Part shown: one piece after another, positions 38,969 to 52,538 of the stretch
Position numbering within the stretch: the stretch's first letter is position 1
How the letters are laid out: each line of letters starts with the position of its first letter
DNA from: Cetorhinus maximus
Lineage: Eukaryota
Assembly (NCBI RefSeq): GCF_964194155.1
Contig: NC_135903.1
Coordinates: forward strand, 5,022,001 to 5,086,000
Reading direction: 5' to 3'
Length of the DNA: 64,000 bases
The notes under the pieces: model-generated
Told to the model about the DNA's origin: nothing
What the model saw: the letters and a program-made list of their open reading frames with translations, nothing else
The model's database searches: none
Position numbers and translations under genes: made by a program

Positions 38969-41900
38969 GTCACTAAGTCCTTCAAACGACAATGATATTT
39001 CAAAATGCTGTAATGCCAACACCAACCTCAAAGTCTTTTTTTCAATCATTGAATATCTTCTCTGTCATACATTCAGCTACCGTGAAAAATACCCTATCGG
39101 TTTTTCAATTCCAGTGTCGTCATCTTGTAACAGTTTGGCCCCAATGCCTATATCGCTTGCGTCAACGGCCAACTTGAATTACTTGGCATAATTGGGTACT
39201 ACCAACACTGGTGTTGTAGTTAATACAGTTTTCAAACTATTGAATTGCTTCTGACACTACAGTGTCCATTGAAACTTCTTGTTCTTTATTAATAGTTCAA
39301 TCAGTGGAGCAACCACATGGCTAAAATTTGGTACAAATTTCCAGTAAGACCCACTCATGCCCAGAAATCTCAAAACTTCTCATTTTGTTGTAGGCAGTGG
39401 GAAATCCATGATAGCTTTGACTTTCGCATCTCTTGGAGCCACCTTACCATGTCCAATGGTATGGCCTAGATACGTAACTTTTGCTTTTGCAAATTCACTT
39501 TTAGCCAAGTTCATCACGAAATTAGTTTCTTGTAGTCGAGTAAATAATTCTTCCAGGTGCTGTAAATGCTTTTCTCATGTCTGACTGAAAACAATTAGAT
39601 CATCAATATAAGTTGCTCAATTGCTTAGACCCGTAATTACTTTGTTTGTCAGTCTTTGATATGTTGCAGGTGCATTCTTCAAACCAAATGGCATGACTTT
39701 AAACTGATATAGTCCACTTGGCGTTACCAAAAGCTGATAACTCCTTTGCTCTCTCCGACAATGGTACCTGCCAATAGCCTTTTAGCAAGTCAATCTTTGT
39801 GATAAATTTCGATTGTCCCACTTTCTCAATGCAATCCTCCAACCATGGTATAGGATATGAATCTGTTTTTGTCACCGTATTCACCTTTCGATAGTCCACA
39901 CACATTCTTTGTGTTCCATCCGGTTTCGGTACCAGTACAATAGGCGACCTCCAGTTACTGCAACTAGACTTGACGTCATTTTGAAGCATAAAATCAAATT
40001 CTTTTTGCACTTGTGATAACTTTGCTGGATTTAATCTACACGGTTGTTGCCTTATTGAAGACAATATTCCTATACACACATAATGTAAAACTAAATGCGT
40101 CTTTCCCCACTTATTTCCGCAAATAAGTTTGTGTAATTGCAATAGCTTTTCCAAATCACTTTGACACTTGCTTGGAAGATTAACTCAATATTGCATTTAA
40201 ATTTTTTCAAGCATCCCCTCATTATCCAATTTGATTAGAGGAAAATCAGTTTCAGAGTCCTGCACTTCTGCCTTATCCTCATCATCCACCATCACTAATA
40301 CCTCTTTTTGTTCCTCTTCCCTGTCAAAGTACTTTAAGCATACTTACATGACACACCCTCTGCTTCTTTCTTCTATCTGGAGTATTTATTAAATAATTTA
40401 CTTTGCTCAATTTCTTTTCAATCCTGTAAGGCCCACTAACTCTTGCATTTAATGAATCACCTCGAACTGGTAACAAAACTAGTACTTTCTCTCCAGAAAC
40501 AAAACTGCAAATTTTTCCCTTCTTATCTGCTTTCACTTTCATCACTTGCTTTGATATCTTTAAATGTTCCCTAGTCAACTCACATGCTCTGTTCAATCTT
40601 TCCCTGAAATTTGATAAGTAATCCAGTTTCTGAATTTTGACCCACTCATTTCTCATGAATCAATTTCAGTGGTCCCCTTACCTCATGACCATAAACTAGT
40701 TCAGAAGGGCTAAAACCAGTCGATGCATTAGGAGCGCCTTTAATAGCAAATAACAAAAATGGAATTCCCATATCCCACTCCTGTGCATAATTCTGACAGT
40801 ATGCGGTTACCATAGTTTTTAAAGTTTGATGCCATCTTTCCAAATCTCTTTGTGACTCTGCATGATAAGCTATTGATTTAAACTGTTTTATCCCCAAACT
40901 GTTCATTACTTCCTTAAACAGCTGTGACATGAAATTTGACCCCTGATCTGATTGTATTTCTTTAGGTAAACCATATCATGTGAAAAATGAATTAACTCCT
41001 CCACAATCTTCTTAGTTGTAATATGTCTTAAATGTATCGCTTCAGGAAACCTGGTAGACACATCCATTATTGTCAATAAATACTGATTCCCGCTTTTAGT
41101 CTTAGGGAGGGGTCCTACACAATCAATCATGACCCTGGTAAAAGGTTCTTCAAATGCTGGTATTGGAATTAAAGGCACCGGCTTAATCACTGCTTGTGGT
41201 TTTCCTGTTACTTAACATATATGACAGGTTCTGCAGGATTTGACTATATCCCATGCAACCCTGGCCAGAAATAATACCTCTATCTTTTCCCATGTTTTCC
41301 TAATTCCTAAATGTCCCCCCATTGGAATTTCATGAACAATCCTCAGAATCTCATTTCTATACCCTAATGGGATAACAACCTGATGCACCTCCCTCCAGCT
41401 TTCATTTGTTGAGACATGATCCGACTGCCACTTTCTAATTAAATTATTCCCTTGAAGATAACATCATACTGTAATACATTTTGCTTTGGTTTCTGAATTA
41501 GCTTTCTGATATAACTGTTTTAATTGCAAATCATTTTTCTGTAACTCCACTAACCTCTTGAGTTAAACATTTTAACTGAACTGTCCTGCATTCCTTCCTC
41601 CTGAACGATTCTATCAAATACAATGCCAGCTAATTGGATTTTGGCACCTTCTTCTTGCCTTTGAACTGCCTGCTTATCTTGTTTATTTTGTTCTTCCCTA
41701 TGGGCATTATAACACGATCAAGAAACAATCCAGGATGTTCCTTCTGTAGCACTTCTGTTGAAAACACTTCTACAGGCTGTTCAACTACCTTAGGCATCAC
41801 CCACATTTGCGATCCAGCTATATCATTACCCAGAATAAATTGAACCCCTGCAATTGGCAATTTTTCCACCACTCCAACAATAACTTCACCTGTCTTCCAT

Positions 41901-43565
41901 TTGCCCTTTAAATTTACCTTCCACAATGGAATAGATTTAGCATCTCCATGAAGCCCACTTATTATGACCTTTTCCTGCAACACTCCCTTTGAACAACAAA
42001 TATCACTATCCCACAACATTAAGGATTGACTAGCCCGTGTCTCTTAAAATTTAACATCTTTACGTACTCCACCTTGTACACATGGAAAGACTTTCTCTTC
42101 ACACACAAAATCTTTAAACATTTCTACAACCTGCTCCCCAGAATTCTCTTGAGTTACCTGTGAACATATTCCCACTTCTTTACCTTTCACTGATTCTCCC
42201 TGTTTCACCTGTACTCAAACCATTGGTTTCTCTTGTGCCTGAACCTCAGAACCCACAGCACTTTTACTTCCAGAGCATTTCTGTTCCCCAAAAATTCCTA
42301 CAGATTTTTCCTGCAACCTCCAACACACTGACTTTGTGTGCCACACTTCATTACAATGAAAACACCTCAATTTTCAAATGTCACTTCTACCTTCAGCACC
42401 TTCCTTTTTATTCTGAGAAAAAACTTCCTGGGAGCTTCCAGCTACACTTTGTCTTCCCTGACTACCCACCTTCCTTTCACCTTCCCACTTTTTATCCTTG
42501 TCCAATTTGAAAGCGTGACAGGAAAAAGGTTTAGCTCTATGAACTAACTCATAATCATCAGCTATCTCTGCTGCTTGTCTTACAGAATCAACCCTCTGTT
42601 CCTCCACATGAGTTCTCACTACCAAAGGGATTGAATCTTTAAGTTTATCAAAAAGAATGACTTCCCTAAGAGCTGCATAGGTTGTCTCTCTATTTAACAC
42701 TCGTATCCACCGGTCAAAATTATTTTGTTTTACTCTTTCAAACTCAACATAAGTTTGCCCAGGCAGTTTTCTCATATTTCTAAATTTTTGCCTGTATGCT
42801 TCAGGAACCAACTCAAATGCACTTAACGTAGCTTTTGTCAGCACATCATAATTCACTGACATTTCTTCTGAAAGCAAAGCATATACCTCATGTGTCCTAC
42901 CTAACAGCTTAAACTGTAATAATAACCTCCAGTTTTCCTGTGGCCAGTTCATCTGTTTAGCTAGCTTCTCAAATGAAATAAAGAATGCTTCAATATATTT
43001 TTCCTCAAACCTTGGAAGAGCTTGTACAAATTTAAACATAGCTCCACTGGGTTCTACTTTAGAGGTAAATCCTTCCTCACCTACTGACATCTCTTTTCTA
43101 ACTGCCAACATTTTCAGTTGGATTCTCTCTCTTCTCTCTCTCTCTTCTCTCTCTCTTTCCTCCTTCTCCATCTTCACAATTTCTAGTTCCTTTGCTTCTA
43201 ATTCAAACTTCTTCATTTGCAACTGAAGTCTCACTACCTCCAGCTGTGACTCACTAGTCTCAGGTTTCACTTCCAACTGTAGATGCTGTGTTATACTTTT
43301 AACTACATCTGATTTCCAAGCCCCCTCAGGTAACCCCAATGTTAACTTATTTGCCAACTCCATTAACTTACTTTTGGTTATTTTCTCCAACCCAATTAGA
43401 ATTCTCTTTTCTACTCCCAGACAAGTCTCAGCAATTGCCAAAGCCATCTTGCATTCTCACCACTTCTAAAATATCTCACCAACTCCTGAATTCAAAGTGC
43501 CTCTCGTACTCATAAGCGTAAGATTCAACAATTCCTAACCAATCAAGGAATTAGAAATATAATTT

Positions 43566-43582
43566 ATCCCGGACGAGCCCCA
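43566..43582 (-). promoter_or_regulatory. Primer-binding site, tRNA-Pro
   Basis: Minus strand TGGGGCTCGTCCGGGAT, one G short of the canonical Pro PBS TGGGGGCTCGTCCGGGAT, 2 nt from the LTR. Confidence 0.9.
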
Positions 43583-43584
43583 AT

Positions 43585-44341
43585 TGTTATGACCGATGCA
43601 GTTGGTAAAGCTGAGTTATTTAAAAATCCCAGAGGGAAACTTGAAACAACTGTCATAACCTATAATTTTAAGTGTTATGCTTGAGATGTGACTCTAAATT
43701 CAGGAATCAGACCACCAGTTCTCGAGGTTTTATGTTAAACTAAATCAAACATTTTATTAATTTACACAGGTTAAAATATATATACACATGGCTACAAATT
43801 ACTACTATCATAACTTTTAATAAATTCCCAAACTAATCTCCATTAAGGCAACAGCAACCCATAGAATTAACCAAACCCTAGGCAAAGCATTTTCATCTTA
43901 CAAATTCAAAATGAGGTTCTTTTCACTTTGGTTCCTGTGAAGACAGTTGGAGCCTTTTGATCTTATATTGCCTCTGCTCTGCACACCTGAAAACTGCTGA
44001 AGTTATACCTACCGCCCCATTGAATGTAAATTCTCATTATATCACCAACCTCTTTGAAGTCCACCTTTTAACAATTAAACCCTTTTCACAGTTCCAATTT
44101 TTTTAGTAATATAAACATATTGCTTGGTTTGTGCTAGTTAGACTTCAGTTTTCACCCCACTTCTTGAATGCTCTATTCAAAAAATCCAAACTCTACCTCT
44201 CTATTTACATCTCAAAACGAGTACATATCAAAGCACCCAGACTAGCTGGCTTTAATCCAATTAAGACACACACACAAACTAAACCTATTTTAAAAGAAAA
44301 ATATTTTCCAAAATATTATACACATTAATAGTTTCATGACA
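43585..44341 (-). repeat. 5' LTR of the Gmr1-like element
   Basis: TGTTATGA...TCATGACA termini; adjacent to the PBS. Confidence 0.9.
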
Positions 44342-45294
44342 CTCACTAAGTCCTTCAAACAGCAATGATATAAATGAGCCCTGTAAATCTGCTTCAGCAG
44401 AGGATAGTTGGGATAGTGCTGGTTACTGAATGTATCCATTAAAGAAGTCTTCATGGTCTTCTGTAAATTAACACCGAGTCTTTATCAACTACTAACTATA
44501 TACAACTAGTACAGGCTGGAGTTATCTCCATCGTAGGCCTTAACAGGTCACTGGCCAACGCCACAATGACCCTAAGTCTAGGTCATGCGCTTGCTTACAA
44601 CACTGTGTGGGTGGTTCTGTACTCAGTCCCATAATACCCCTGTATATACCAGACCCTTCGACGACAAGCAGCACCATTCAGCCAAGCTGACAATTTAAAA
44701 ATGGTGCCCCTTTCAGCTTTTGTGTGTTGCAAATCAGACTTAACACATATAACTATTTGCATAGTTCCCCACCTCTTGATATTTGTTCTTCTTGCCCTGG
44801 TCTAATTCCACCCTAAAAGTTTTTATTCCTTCCCAGAATCAAATTTCGCTGCATTGACTCATCTTTCATGTTTCAACCTGGTGTTAGCAGGGCTGTTTCT
44901 TAGTGGAGAGGCACTTTGACCAAATCTATCCTGTCCTCTCCCAAACACTCTCAACAGTGGTTAGTCATTAGCTCAACAGTAAGGTTCCCAACTCTGGGTG
45001 ATTGTACTTCTGGAAGTTTCAACACTGTTCCTGCCTCAAAATGCTCTGCCCAATCAGCCTTTTTTTCCCCACCTCTGATTTTTAAAAATATGATAAATAA
45101 GCAAACATGTTCAATGAAAATAAAATGCACTTTTTAATGGCACTGATTTTTTCTCTCTCTCTCCGGGAACATGGTGCAGGAGGTTAATCTTTAATTGCTG
45201 GAGACTGCAGGGCAGACCTGGAGGGTTGGCAACAGGGACGCTGCGCACGATGATGCAGCATAGACCTCCAGTCCAGTGGGGGCCGCTGTAGCCA

Positions 45295-45500
45295 GCTGGT
45301 GATTGGGCTGCCGCACCTTTCATTCTGATTGGCCCCTCTCCCCCTCGCGCGGGGCAGGCGCGGGGTAGGCGCGGGGGCCCAGCGTTCGGCTCTCTGATTG
45401 GTCGGCTCTATGCTTCTCTCCGATTGGGGGGGGGGGGGCGTGGGAGGCGGTGACCAATCGGGTGCCGGTTTGCTGCGGGGTGCTGGTGAAAATGGCGGCG
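45295..45500 (+). promoter_or_regulatory. CpG-island promoter of MRPL10
   Basis: CpG-rich, five CCAAT/ATTGG boxes (~45301-45458), GC-rich boxes, and a YY1-like AAAATGGCGGC overlapping the ATG. Confidence 0.8.
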
Positions 45501-45528
45501 CTGTGCGGGCGGCTGCTGAGCTCCGGAG
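45492..45528 (+). CDS. MRPL10: Mitochondrial ribosomal protein L10 (uL10m), exon 1
   Basis: ATG...MAALCGRLLSSG G / GTGAGA, phase 1; transit-peptide-like. Confidence 0.85.
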
Positions 45529-46104
45529 GTGAGAGTGTGAAACAGAGAAAAGAAAAAGAAAACGGGCAGAACGTGAAAAGGAGAAGAGGCAGATTTAATG
45601 TTCAGCCTCTTTTTTTCAGCCCTGATGCGGTGTCCAGACCAAAGCGTTTAATATTTCTCCCTTTTAGGCGCATCTCCCTGTTGCCATTGGGAAGGGCGAT
45701 GAGCAAGCAAGACTTGCATTTCTATAGCACCTTTCACGACCTCAGGGCGCCTCAAAAGCTCCTCGCACCCAGTGAAGCGCTTTCAAAGCAGAGCCGCTGT
45801 TGTAACGTAGGAAACGCGGCAGCAGCCAGTTTGTGCACAGCAAGATCCCACAAGCAGCAATGTGATAAATGACCGGATAACCTGTTTTCTTCTTGTGATA
45901 AAGGCCGAAGCCGCAGCGAAACGTCAGCGGGTCTGGCAACTGAGTGGTCCTGCTAGGCTGTTTTAGAGGGAACTGAGTTAAAAGCAGAATACTGTGGATG
46001 CTGGAGATCTGAAATAAGAACAGAAAATGCTGGACAAACTCAGCAGGTCTGGCAGCCTCTGTGGAGAGAGAAGCCGAGCTAACGTTTCAAATCCGATATG
46101 GGTC

Positions 46105-46984
46105 TGTTAGGAAATAGAAATAGTTTGAGTACGTTATGTTGGCGTTTGTGGGTGTTAGGAATGAGGTTTAGCTTTAATGTTTAAGTTTGGTTTGTATTTC
46201 TGTATCCGTGTGTTAAGAAAGGTCAAATTGAGTTTTAGTTTCATTTTAAAAGGTGCCAGCTTTTAACGGGGGTGCAGGGAGGCAGGTCCCTCCCACAGAC
46301 AGAAGGACTAAAGAAATAGCAGCTTTGAGTTCAGTTTGAAGCCAGGACTCCACGGAGACTGGACATTGGGAGAGGGAACTGCAGAATGAGAGCAGATTTC
46401 CCACACACCCTGGAGGTGAACCCTTGCAGAAGGCATCTGAGAGAAAGCGTCAATTTGGGAGAAGATTCCAAAGCGAGTTCTTGGAGAGTGGAGATTGGAA
46501 ACCCTCGTGTGAAAGATGGAGTTCAGTGAGACTGGTTGGCTCATGGTGGGACAAGTGTCTGGGGGGAGGGGAGAGTGCGGTTGTTGATTAGAGATCCATA
46601 GCGTCTGGTTGAGGTGGCATCTGTCACTTGGTTTCAGAGTGTGGTGTGCCTGACCACAGGGTGCCTTTTGGTTTACATGGACTGTGTACTTACTGAGGAC
46701 ATTAGAGTATAACATATAGTATAGCAGTATAGCTTTTGAAACATGTGTTATCCTTACAAATCTGTATATATCTAAAGGTATACTTGTGGGTGAAGGAGTA
46801 TTGTAATATAGTTCATCTTTTCTTGTTTAATTAATGTTTTATTCTTTTCATTAGCTGACTCCAGTGACTCTGTTCAATGGCCACTCTCCACGTATCTAAA
46901 CAAATTAAACGTTATGATCTATCAAGCTGGGTTCCACTCTGTGATCAGGCTTGTCCAGGGGTAACCTTAGCTGGGATCATAACA
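46105..46984 (+). mobile_element. Solo LTR in MRPL10 intron 1, inserted into a Penelope-derived repeat
   Basis: TGTTAGGA...TCATAACA termini, about 880 bp, non-coding; interrupts the repeat at 45980-46104. TSD is not clean. Confidence 0.65.
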
Positions 46985-47109
46985 ACTCTTAGTTGAAATG
47001 GAGTTTTTGTGATGTTGATTGAGGGATAAATATTGGCCAGGCCACCAAGGATAACTGCCCTGCTCTTCTTCAATATAGTGCCATGGGATCTTTTACGTTC
47101 ACTTCACAG

Positions 47110-48255
47110 AAGCACAGAATTTTAACGGTACAGAAGGAGACCACTTGGCCCATCATGTCTGACGTGGCCCTCCAAATGAACATTATGACTTAGTGCTATT
47201 GTCCTGCCTTTTCCCCGTACCCCTGCACATTGCTTCTATTCAAATAATCATCTAATGCCCTCTTGAATGCCTTGATTGAACCTGCCTCCACCACACTTCC
47301 AGGCAATGCATTCCAGACCTGAACCATTCGTTGTGTGAAAAAGATTTTTCTCATGTCACATTTGCTTCTTTTGAAAATCACTTTAAATCTGTGCCTTCTC
47401 GTTCTTGATCCTTTTATGAGCTGGAACATCTTCTCCCTATCTACTCTGTTCAGGCCCCCTCGTGATTTTGAACATCTCTGTCAAATCTCCTCTTAGCTGC
47501 CTTCTCTCCAAGGAGAACAGTCCCAACCTCTCCAATCTATCTTCGTAACTGAAGTTTCTTATCCCTGGAACCATTCTTGTAAACCTCTTATGCACACTCT
47601 CCAATGTGTTCACAGCGTTCCCATAATGTGGCACCCAGAACTGTACACAATACTCCAGCTGAGGTCTAAAGAGTGTCTTATATAAATTCAGCATAACGTC
47701 CTTGCTCTTGTATTCTATGCCTCTATTAATAAAGTCCAGGATACTATATGCTTTATTAAATGCTCCCTCCACCTGTCCTGCCACCTTCAATGATCTATGC
47801 ACATATACACCCAAGTCTTTCTGCTCCTGCACCACCTTCAAAATTTCACCCCTTCATATTGTCTGTCCATGTTCTTCCTACCCAAATGCATCACCTCACA
47901 CTTCTCCGCATTGAACTTCTAACTTGTATATGTCCTTTTGAAGTTCTACACTGTACTCGCAGTTTACAACACTCCCAAGCTCTGTATCATATGCAAACTT
48001 TGAAATTCTCCCCTATACATCAAGATCTAGACCATTAATATATATCAGGAAAAGCAAGGGTCCCAACACTGACGCCTGGGGAACTCTACTACAAACCTTC
48101 CTCCAACCCGAAAAATATCCATTGACTATTACTCTCTGCTTCCTATTTTTCAGCCAGTTGTGCATCCACATTGCTACTGTCCCTTTCATTCCGTGAGCAA
48201 TAACTTTCCTCACAAGTCTATTGTGTGGCACTATATCAAATGCCTTTTGGAAGCC
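47110..48255 (-). mobile_element. CR1 LINE 3' fragment (RT)
   Basis: ORFs 48013-48291 (FQKAFDIVPH..VPQASVLGPLLFLIYIN), 47437-47841 (LYKTLFRPQLEYCVQFW) and 47196-47429. Confidence 0.9.
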
Positions 48256-49666
48256 CTCACTTGAGAAAACAGACTCAGATGAACCACCCACAGACTGTAC
48301 AGCACACCCTCAAAACTATGCTGGAGTGTCAGTCTAGATTTTTGTGCTCAAGTCTCTAAAGTGGGACTTGAACCCACAATCTTTTGACTCGGAGGCGACA
48401 GTGCTGGCAACTGAGCCGCGGCTGACATCAATGAGTAGGATAAACTGGGATGAGGAAGGCCATTCAGCCAAACCTAATTCACTCGGCCATCCTAGAAGAT
48501 CCTCCAGGGTCACCCCTCATGCAGTGGAACGGCTTCCAGGCTTTTCCCAGAGAACATAAGAAATAGCAGGAACAGGCCATTTGGCCCTTCAAGCTTCTTC
48601 TGACATTCAATGAATCTGATCTGCTACCCCAATCTCACCTTCCTGCGCTATCCTCATACTCCTTAGGGTTTCTTTAGTACCCAAAAATCAGGTTACACTT
48701 GATCCGTCTTTCTTAGGCAGTTGGCACTACTTCGAAGAAAAGCAGGGGAGTTAGCCCTGATTTTCTGGCCAATATTTAACTTCAGTCAATATCATGAAAA
48801 ACAGATTATCTGGTCATTATCTTTACTGTTTGTGGGAGCTTGCTGTGTGCAAATTGGCTGCTGTATTTCCTACATTGCAGCAGTGAACACACTTTAAAAG
48901 TGCCTCATTGGCTATAAAGTATCTTGAGACATCCTGTGGTTATGAATGATGCTATACAAATGCAAGCCTTTTTCTTGATGCACAGAATATGGTTGTATTA
49001 GTTCAGGGGGTTTCTCAGGCACTGTAACCTAACCAATCAAAAGATCCTCAGTTTTGCACTAATTGAAGGCAGGAAAGTGTGACAGTTATTCTTTCACAAA
49101 TGGCAATTGATGCTGGAAGTGTTAATTTTAAATCTGAGAATGATAGATTTTTGTTATCCAGAGATATTAAGCAATATAGGATTTTGAGTTTGAGTTATTA
49201 ATCCAGGTCTCTGGATTACTCATTTAGTAACATAACTACTATGCTACTATTTCCATAATTAAGACCTTTTCAAAATATTTTGGCCATTGTGTGTTCAACA
49301 CCTTATCCTTAAAAATAGTTCTGGGAGTTATCTTCTCTCTTTTCTGGTCTCTCCATTCTGCATTCTTCTGTGGCCAAGAACATGGCCAGTTGTTTATTCT
49401 TAGACCTGTGACAATGCTGTTCTGAAATAAGAATCAAGAGGACCAAAGAAATGACTTCTCTCTTAAGTTTCCTTCTTTCCCTATGAGGAATTTCTTGTTC
49501 TCAGCTTAAGACCAATCGCACGATTGGATGATGTGAGGTTAGCATCTCAGTGAGTGTGCGCTGCAGCGAGAAGAGCGAGAAGAAAATCTGTTTGAATTGC
49601 CGGCGCTTAACTTCCTAAGAGTCTGAGGTGTTGGCTAAACCCAAGTGTTTTTGTTTTTTTTTGAAG

Positions 49667-49836
49667 GATGGTTTCCGCCCCAGCAGATTGTGCGTCATGG
49701 ATCCAAGGCCGTGACTCGCCACCGCAAACCCATGCACTTCCTCCGTCAGAAGCTGCTGGCTGTCACACAATACATCCCCCCGAAGCCCGCCGTCCCAGAA
49801 CGATGCATCAATCCAAGGAAGCGGGAAGTCCAAGAG
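49667..49836 (+). CDS. MRPL10: MRPL10 exon 2 (170 nt)
   Basis: [56 protein letters not shown]; AG/GT boundaries, phase 1/0. Confidence 0.95.
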
Positions 49837-52373
49837 GTGAATGAGCGTTGCTTTGGGCTTTTGACATTTCTTCTCTGCACTGTGTGTAGCAGTGGAGGAA
49901 AGAGCCTGAATCAGTAAATATACTTTTTTTAATAGATGAAGGTTTATATGTGTGACGTGGACATTCTTGGCAGGGATCCACCAAGGGTTGTGCAGATTTG
50001 CACATGATTTCCCTTGATTCTTGACAAAGAGCAAATTGGGCTAAGAGAACATCGCTGTCATTGATATATCTCCTGTACTATTGCTCACAGATGCTGGGGC
50101 CCGAATACTTATGTTCCTTGGCAGCAAAACATATTCAATATAGAGAAGACAAGTTCCTTATGGAACTTTCATTCATACAAATACATTTTATAGACTAATA
50201 AAAAAATTGTAAGAAAATATGGTTTAAGGAAAGATCATTGGCCCAATAAATTCCTTTTGTTATGCTGGACATAATCTACACTCGCTCTTTTCAGTAAGAT
50301 TGCTAATCACAAGAACAACTTCCAAACAGATAAAATTATGAAACTTGCTACAAACTATAATTAAGTGAAAACCCCCAGATATTAATCTGAAATCTGATGT
50401 ATCGCAAGCTAAGATTCAGCACTGACCCACTGGATCCCATAGATAACCATTACATAGATTCAGCAGTGTAGAAACTAGTGGGGTCCATGTGCTAACGTGC
50501 CTAATCATAATAATCAATTCTGTTCCACAGTTTCTTCTATAAGATGGGGAGAGAGCCAGTTACCATAACTTTGTGAATAGCACATTATCATCCCACCACC
50601 CTCCCCCACCCCATCCACCCACGGTCCCAGTACAAAAAATAGGGGTGCACATTTACTACTTTTTATTTGTTAATGGGATGTGAGCGTCGCTGGCAAGGCC
50701 AGCATTTATTGCCCACCTTTAGTGGTGTTGGTGAAGTTGGTGCTGAGCAGCTTTGAACTGTGGCAGTCCATGTGATGTAGGTATACCCGCAGCACAGTTA
50801 GGGAGGGAGTTCCAGGATTTTAACCCAGCGACAGCAGAGGAGTGATGGAAGGAGGAGCTATGGAGTCCGCCTTAGCTCCGTGGTAGCATTTTGCCTCTGA
50901 GTCAGAAGGTCGTGGGTTCACTTCCATTCCAGATTTGAGCACATGACCTAGGCTGATAATTCAGTCCAGTGGGCTCTCGGGTGGCCATAGAGGAATGCAT
51001 GGGACGTCCTGAGGACAGGAAAAATGCTAACGATGGGTGGGCAGTCAGTGAATTTAAAGCAACAGAAACACAAGTATCAGTATAATAGATTAATGAGAGT
51101 CCGCGCAGGATTGGAATAAATCGCGTTCTGCATATTCTAGGAACCAACAACTTGTATTTATATAGCGCTTTTAACAACAATATGTCCCAAGGCACTTCCC
51201 AGGAGCATTATAAAACAAAATTTGACACCGAGCCACGTAAAGAGATATTACGGCCATTGACCAAAAGCTCGGTCAAAGAAGTAGATTTTAAGAAGTGTCA
51301 TATTAGAGAACAGAGAGGTTTAGGAAGAGAATTGCAGAGCTGAAGGCCCTAGCAGCTAAAGGCATGACCATCAGTGGTGGATCAGTTAATATCAGGAATG
51401 CTCAAGGGCCAGAATTAGAGGAGTGTAGATATCTTGGAGGGCCGCGAGGCTGGAAAAGATTGCGGAGATAAGGGGGATGGGTGAGGGCGAGGACAGATTT
51501 GAAAACAAAGTTGAGAAAAGTGCCTAATATTTGTTAGACTTTGAACTTGGGGCAATCTGAATTCCTTTGCCATTAGTCTTTTTCACGAGACCTGAAAAAT
51601 AAAAAATGTTTCCTTCCAAAGAGATTTGTTTGGGAATTTATTACTTTAGAATTGGTCAGAGAAAGAATAATGTGGGATATTGTGTTTGTTCAATTGCAGT
51701 ACTTGATTTCTACCACCAGAGGCCCTGTGTGAGCCACAAATGTAATGATCTCAAGTAGCAAAAACTATTAACAGTTTTGCTGATAACAGTCCATTTTCAT
51801 ATACAGCAAATGAAAACTTGATAAAATCCTAATTTATGGATGCAGCTGATAAATCATCTCTTCAATGTGGAGTTCAGTCATAGGGACCAGGAAGACTCCA
51901 AAATAAAGCTCTGGTGTAAGCTGAGTTAGCTACTCTGTGCTGGGGCAGCTGGCTAGGTGGTAGGAGTATGGTGACTGGCCTCATTGCCCTTGGAATAGGG
52001 GGAGGAAAGGCCAGCCAGGGTTCTCCTTACTGACCCCTACCCGGTAACTCTGATGGAAGAGGCACTACCGCAGATTTCGCAGGAGGAAAGGTTTGGACTT
52101 GGCTGTGACTCTGCCCATGGTCGAAAAGCCTGCCAGCAGTTGGTGCCTAGGAGGGTAACAGTTGGCCTGTTAGCCCTGTGAGTACTCCGTAATCTCTGCA
52201 GTTTCAAGAGGGCAGCATGTTGAGCTGCTTTATTTCTAGCGCTACATAAGACCCACTGCTGGGCGTTAACAAAAGCATCTGTTTTTTTTCCCGTGCGGGT
52301 AACAGCATTTCACTGTTTTCCTTAGTCAATGCAATGCTGTGTATAACAATGTTCGTGTAAATCTCTCCTTTAG

Positions 52374-52538
52374 CCATCTGGTTTAGAAAAGCTCCTGCGG
52401 CGCAATGTGGAAGTGACGTTCAGGGAGAATAAAATGATTGCCGTTTTCCAGAGCAACTCCATCACCTCCGATGAGCTGAGGCTTCTCCGGCATCGATTGT
52501 TGAAACACGACATTCGCATGAAATTCTTCCCTAACCAG
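52374..52538 (+). CDS. MRPL10: MRPL10 exon 3 (165 nt)
   Basis: PSGLEKLLRRNVEVTFRENKMIAVFQSNSITSDELRLLRHRLLKHDIRMKFFPNQ; phase 0/0. Confidence 0.95.

Larger units (their letters stand above)
38201..44341 (-). mobile_element. Gmr1-like Gypsy LTR retrotransposon (gag/SCAN-like, CCHC, PR, INT, RT, truncated RNase H), decayed
   Basis: Gag ORF 42374-43447 (YVEFERVKQNNFDRWI...LREVIL), CFHCNEVWHTKSVC knuckle (~42325-42365), LRDTG protease (~42030-42050), integrase 40324-41400 (IDCVGPLPKT, GPY), then RT 39300-40154 (RMCVDYRKVN, IDLLKGYWQV, YIDD). Paired LTRs. Confidence 0.93.

Noticed and set aside
45450-45872. 140-aa ORF at the MRPL10 promoter
   Set aside because: Only 45492-45528 is coding; the rest reads through intron 1 into a SINE.
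49528-49626. Possible C/D-box snoRNA (ATGATGT...CTGA) in MRPL10 intron 1
   Set aside because: The C box is imperfect, there is no terminal stem, and no recognisable rRNA guide.
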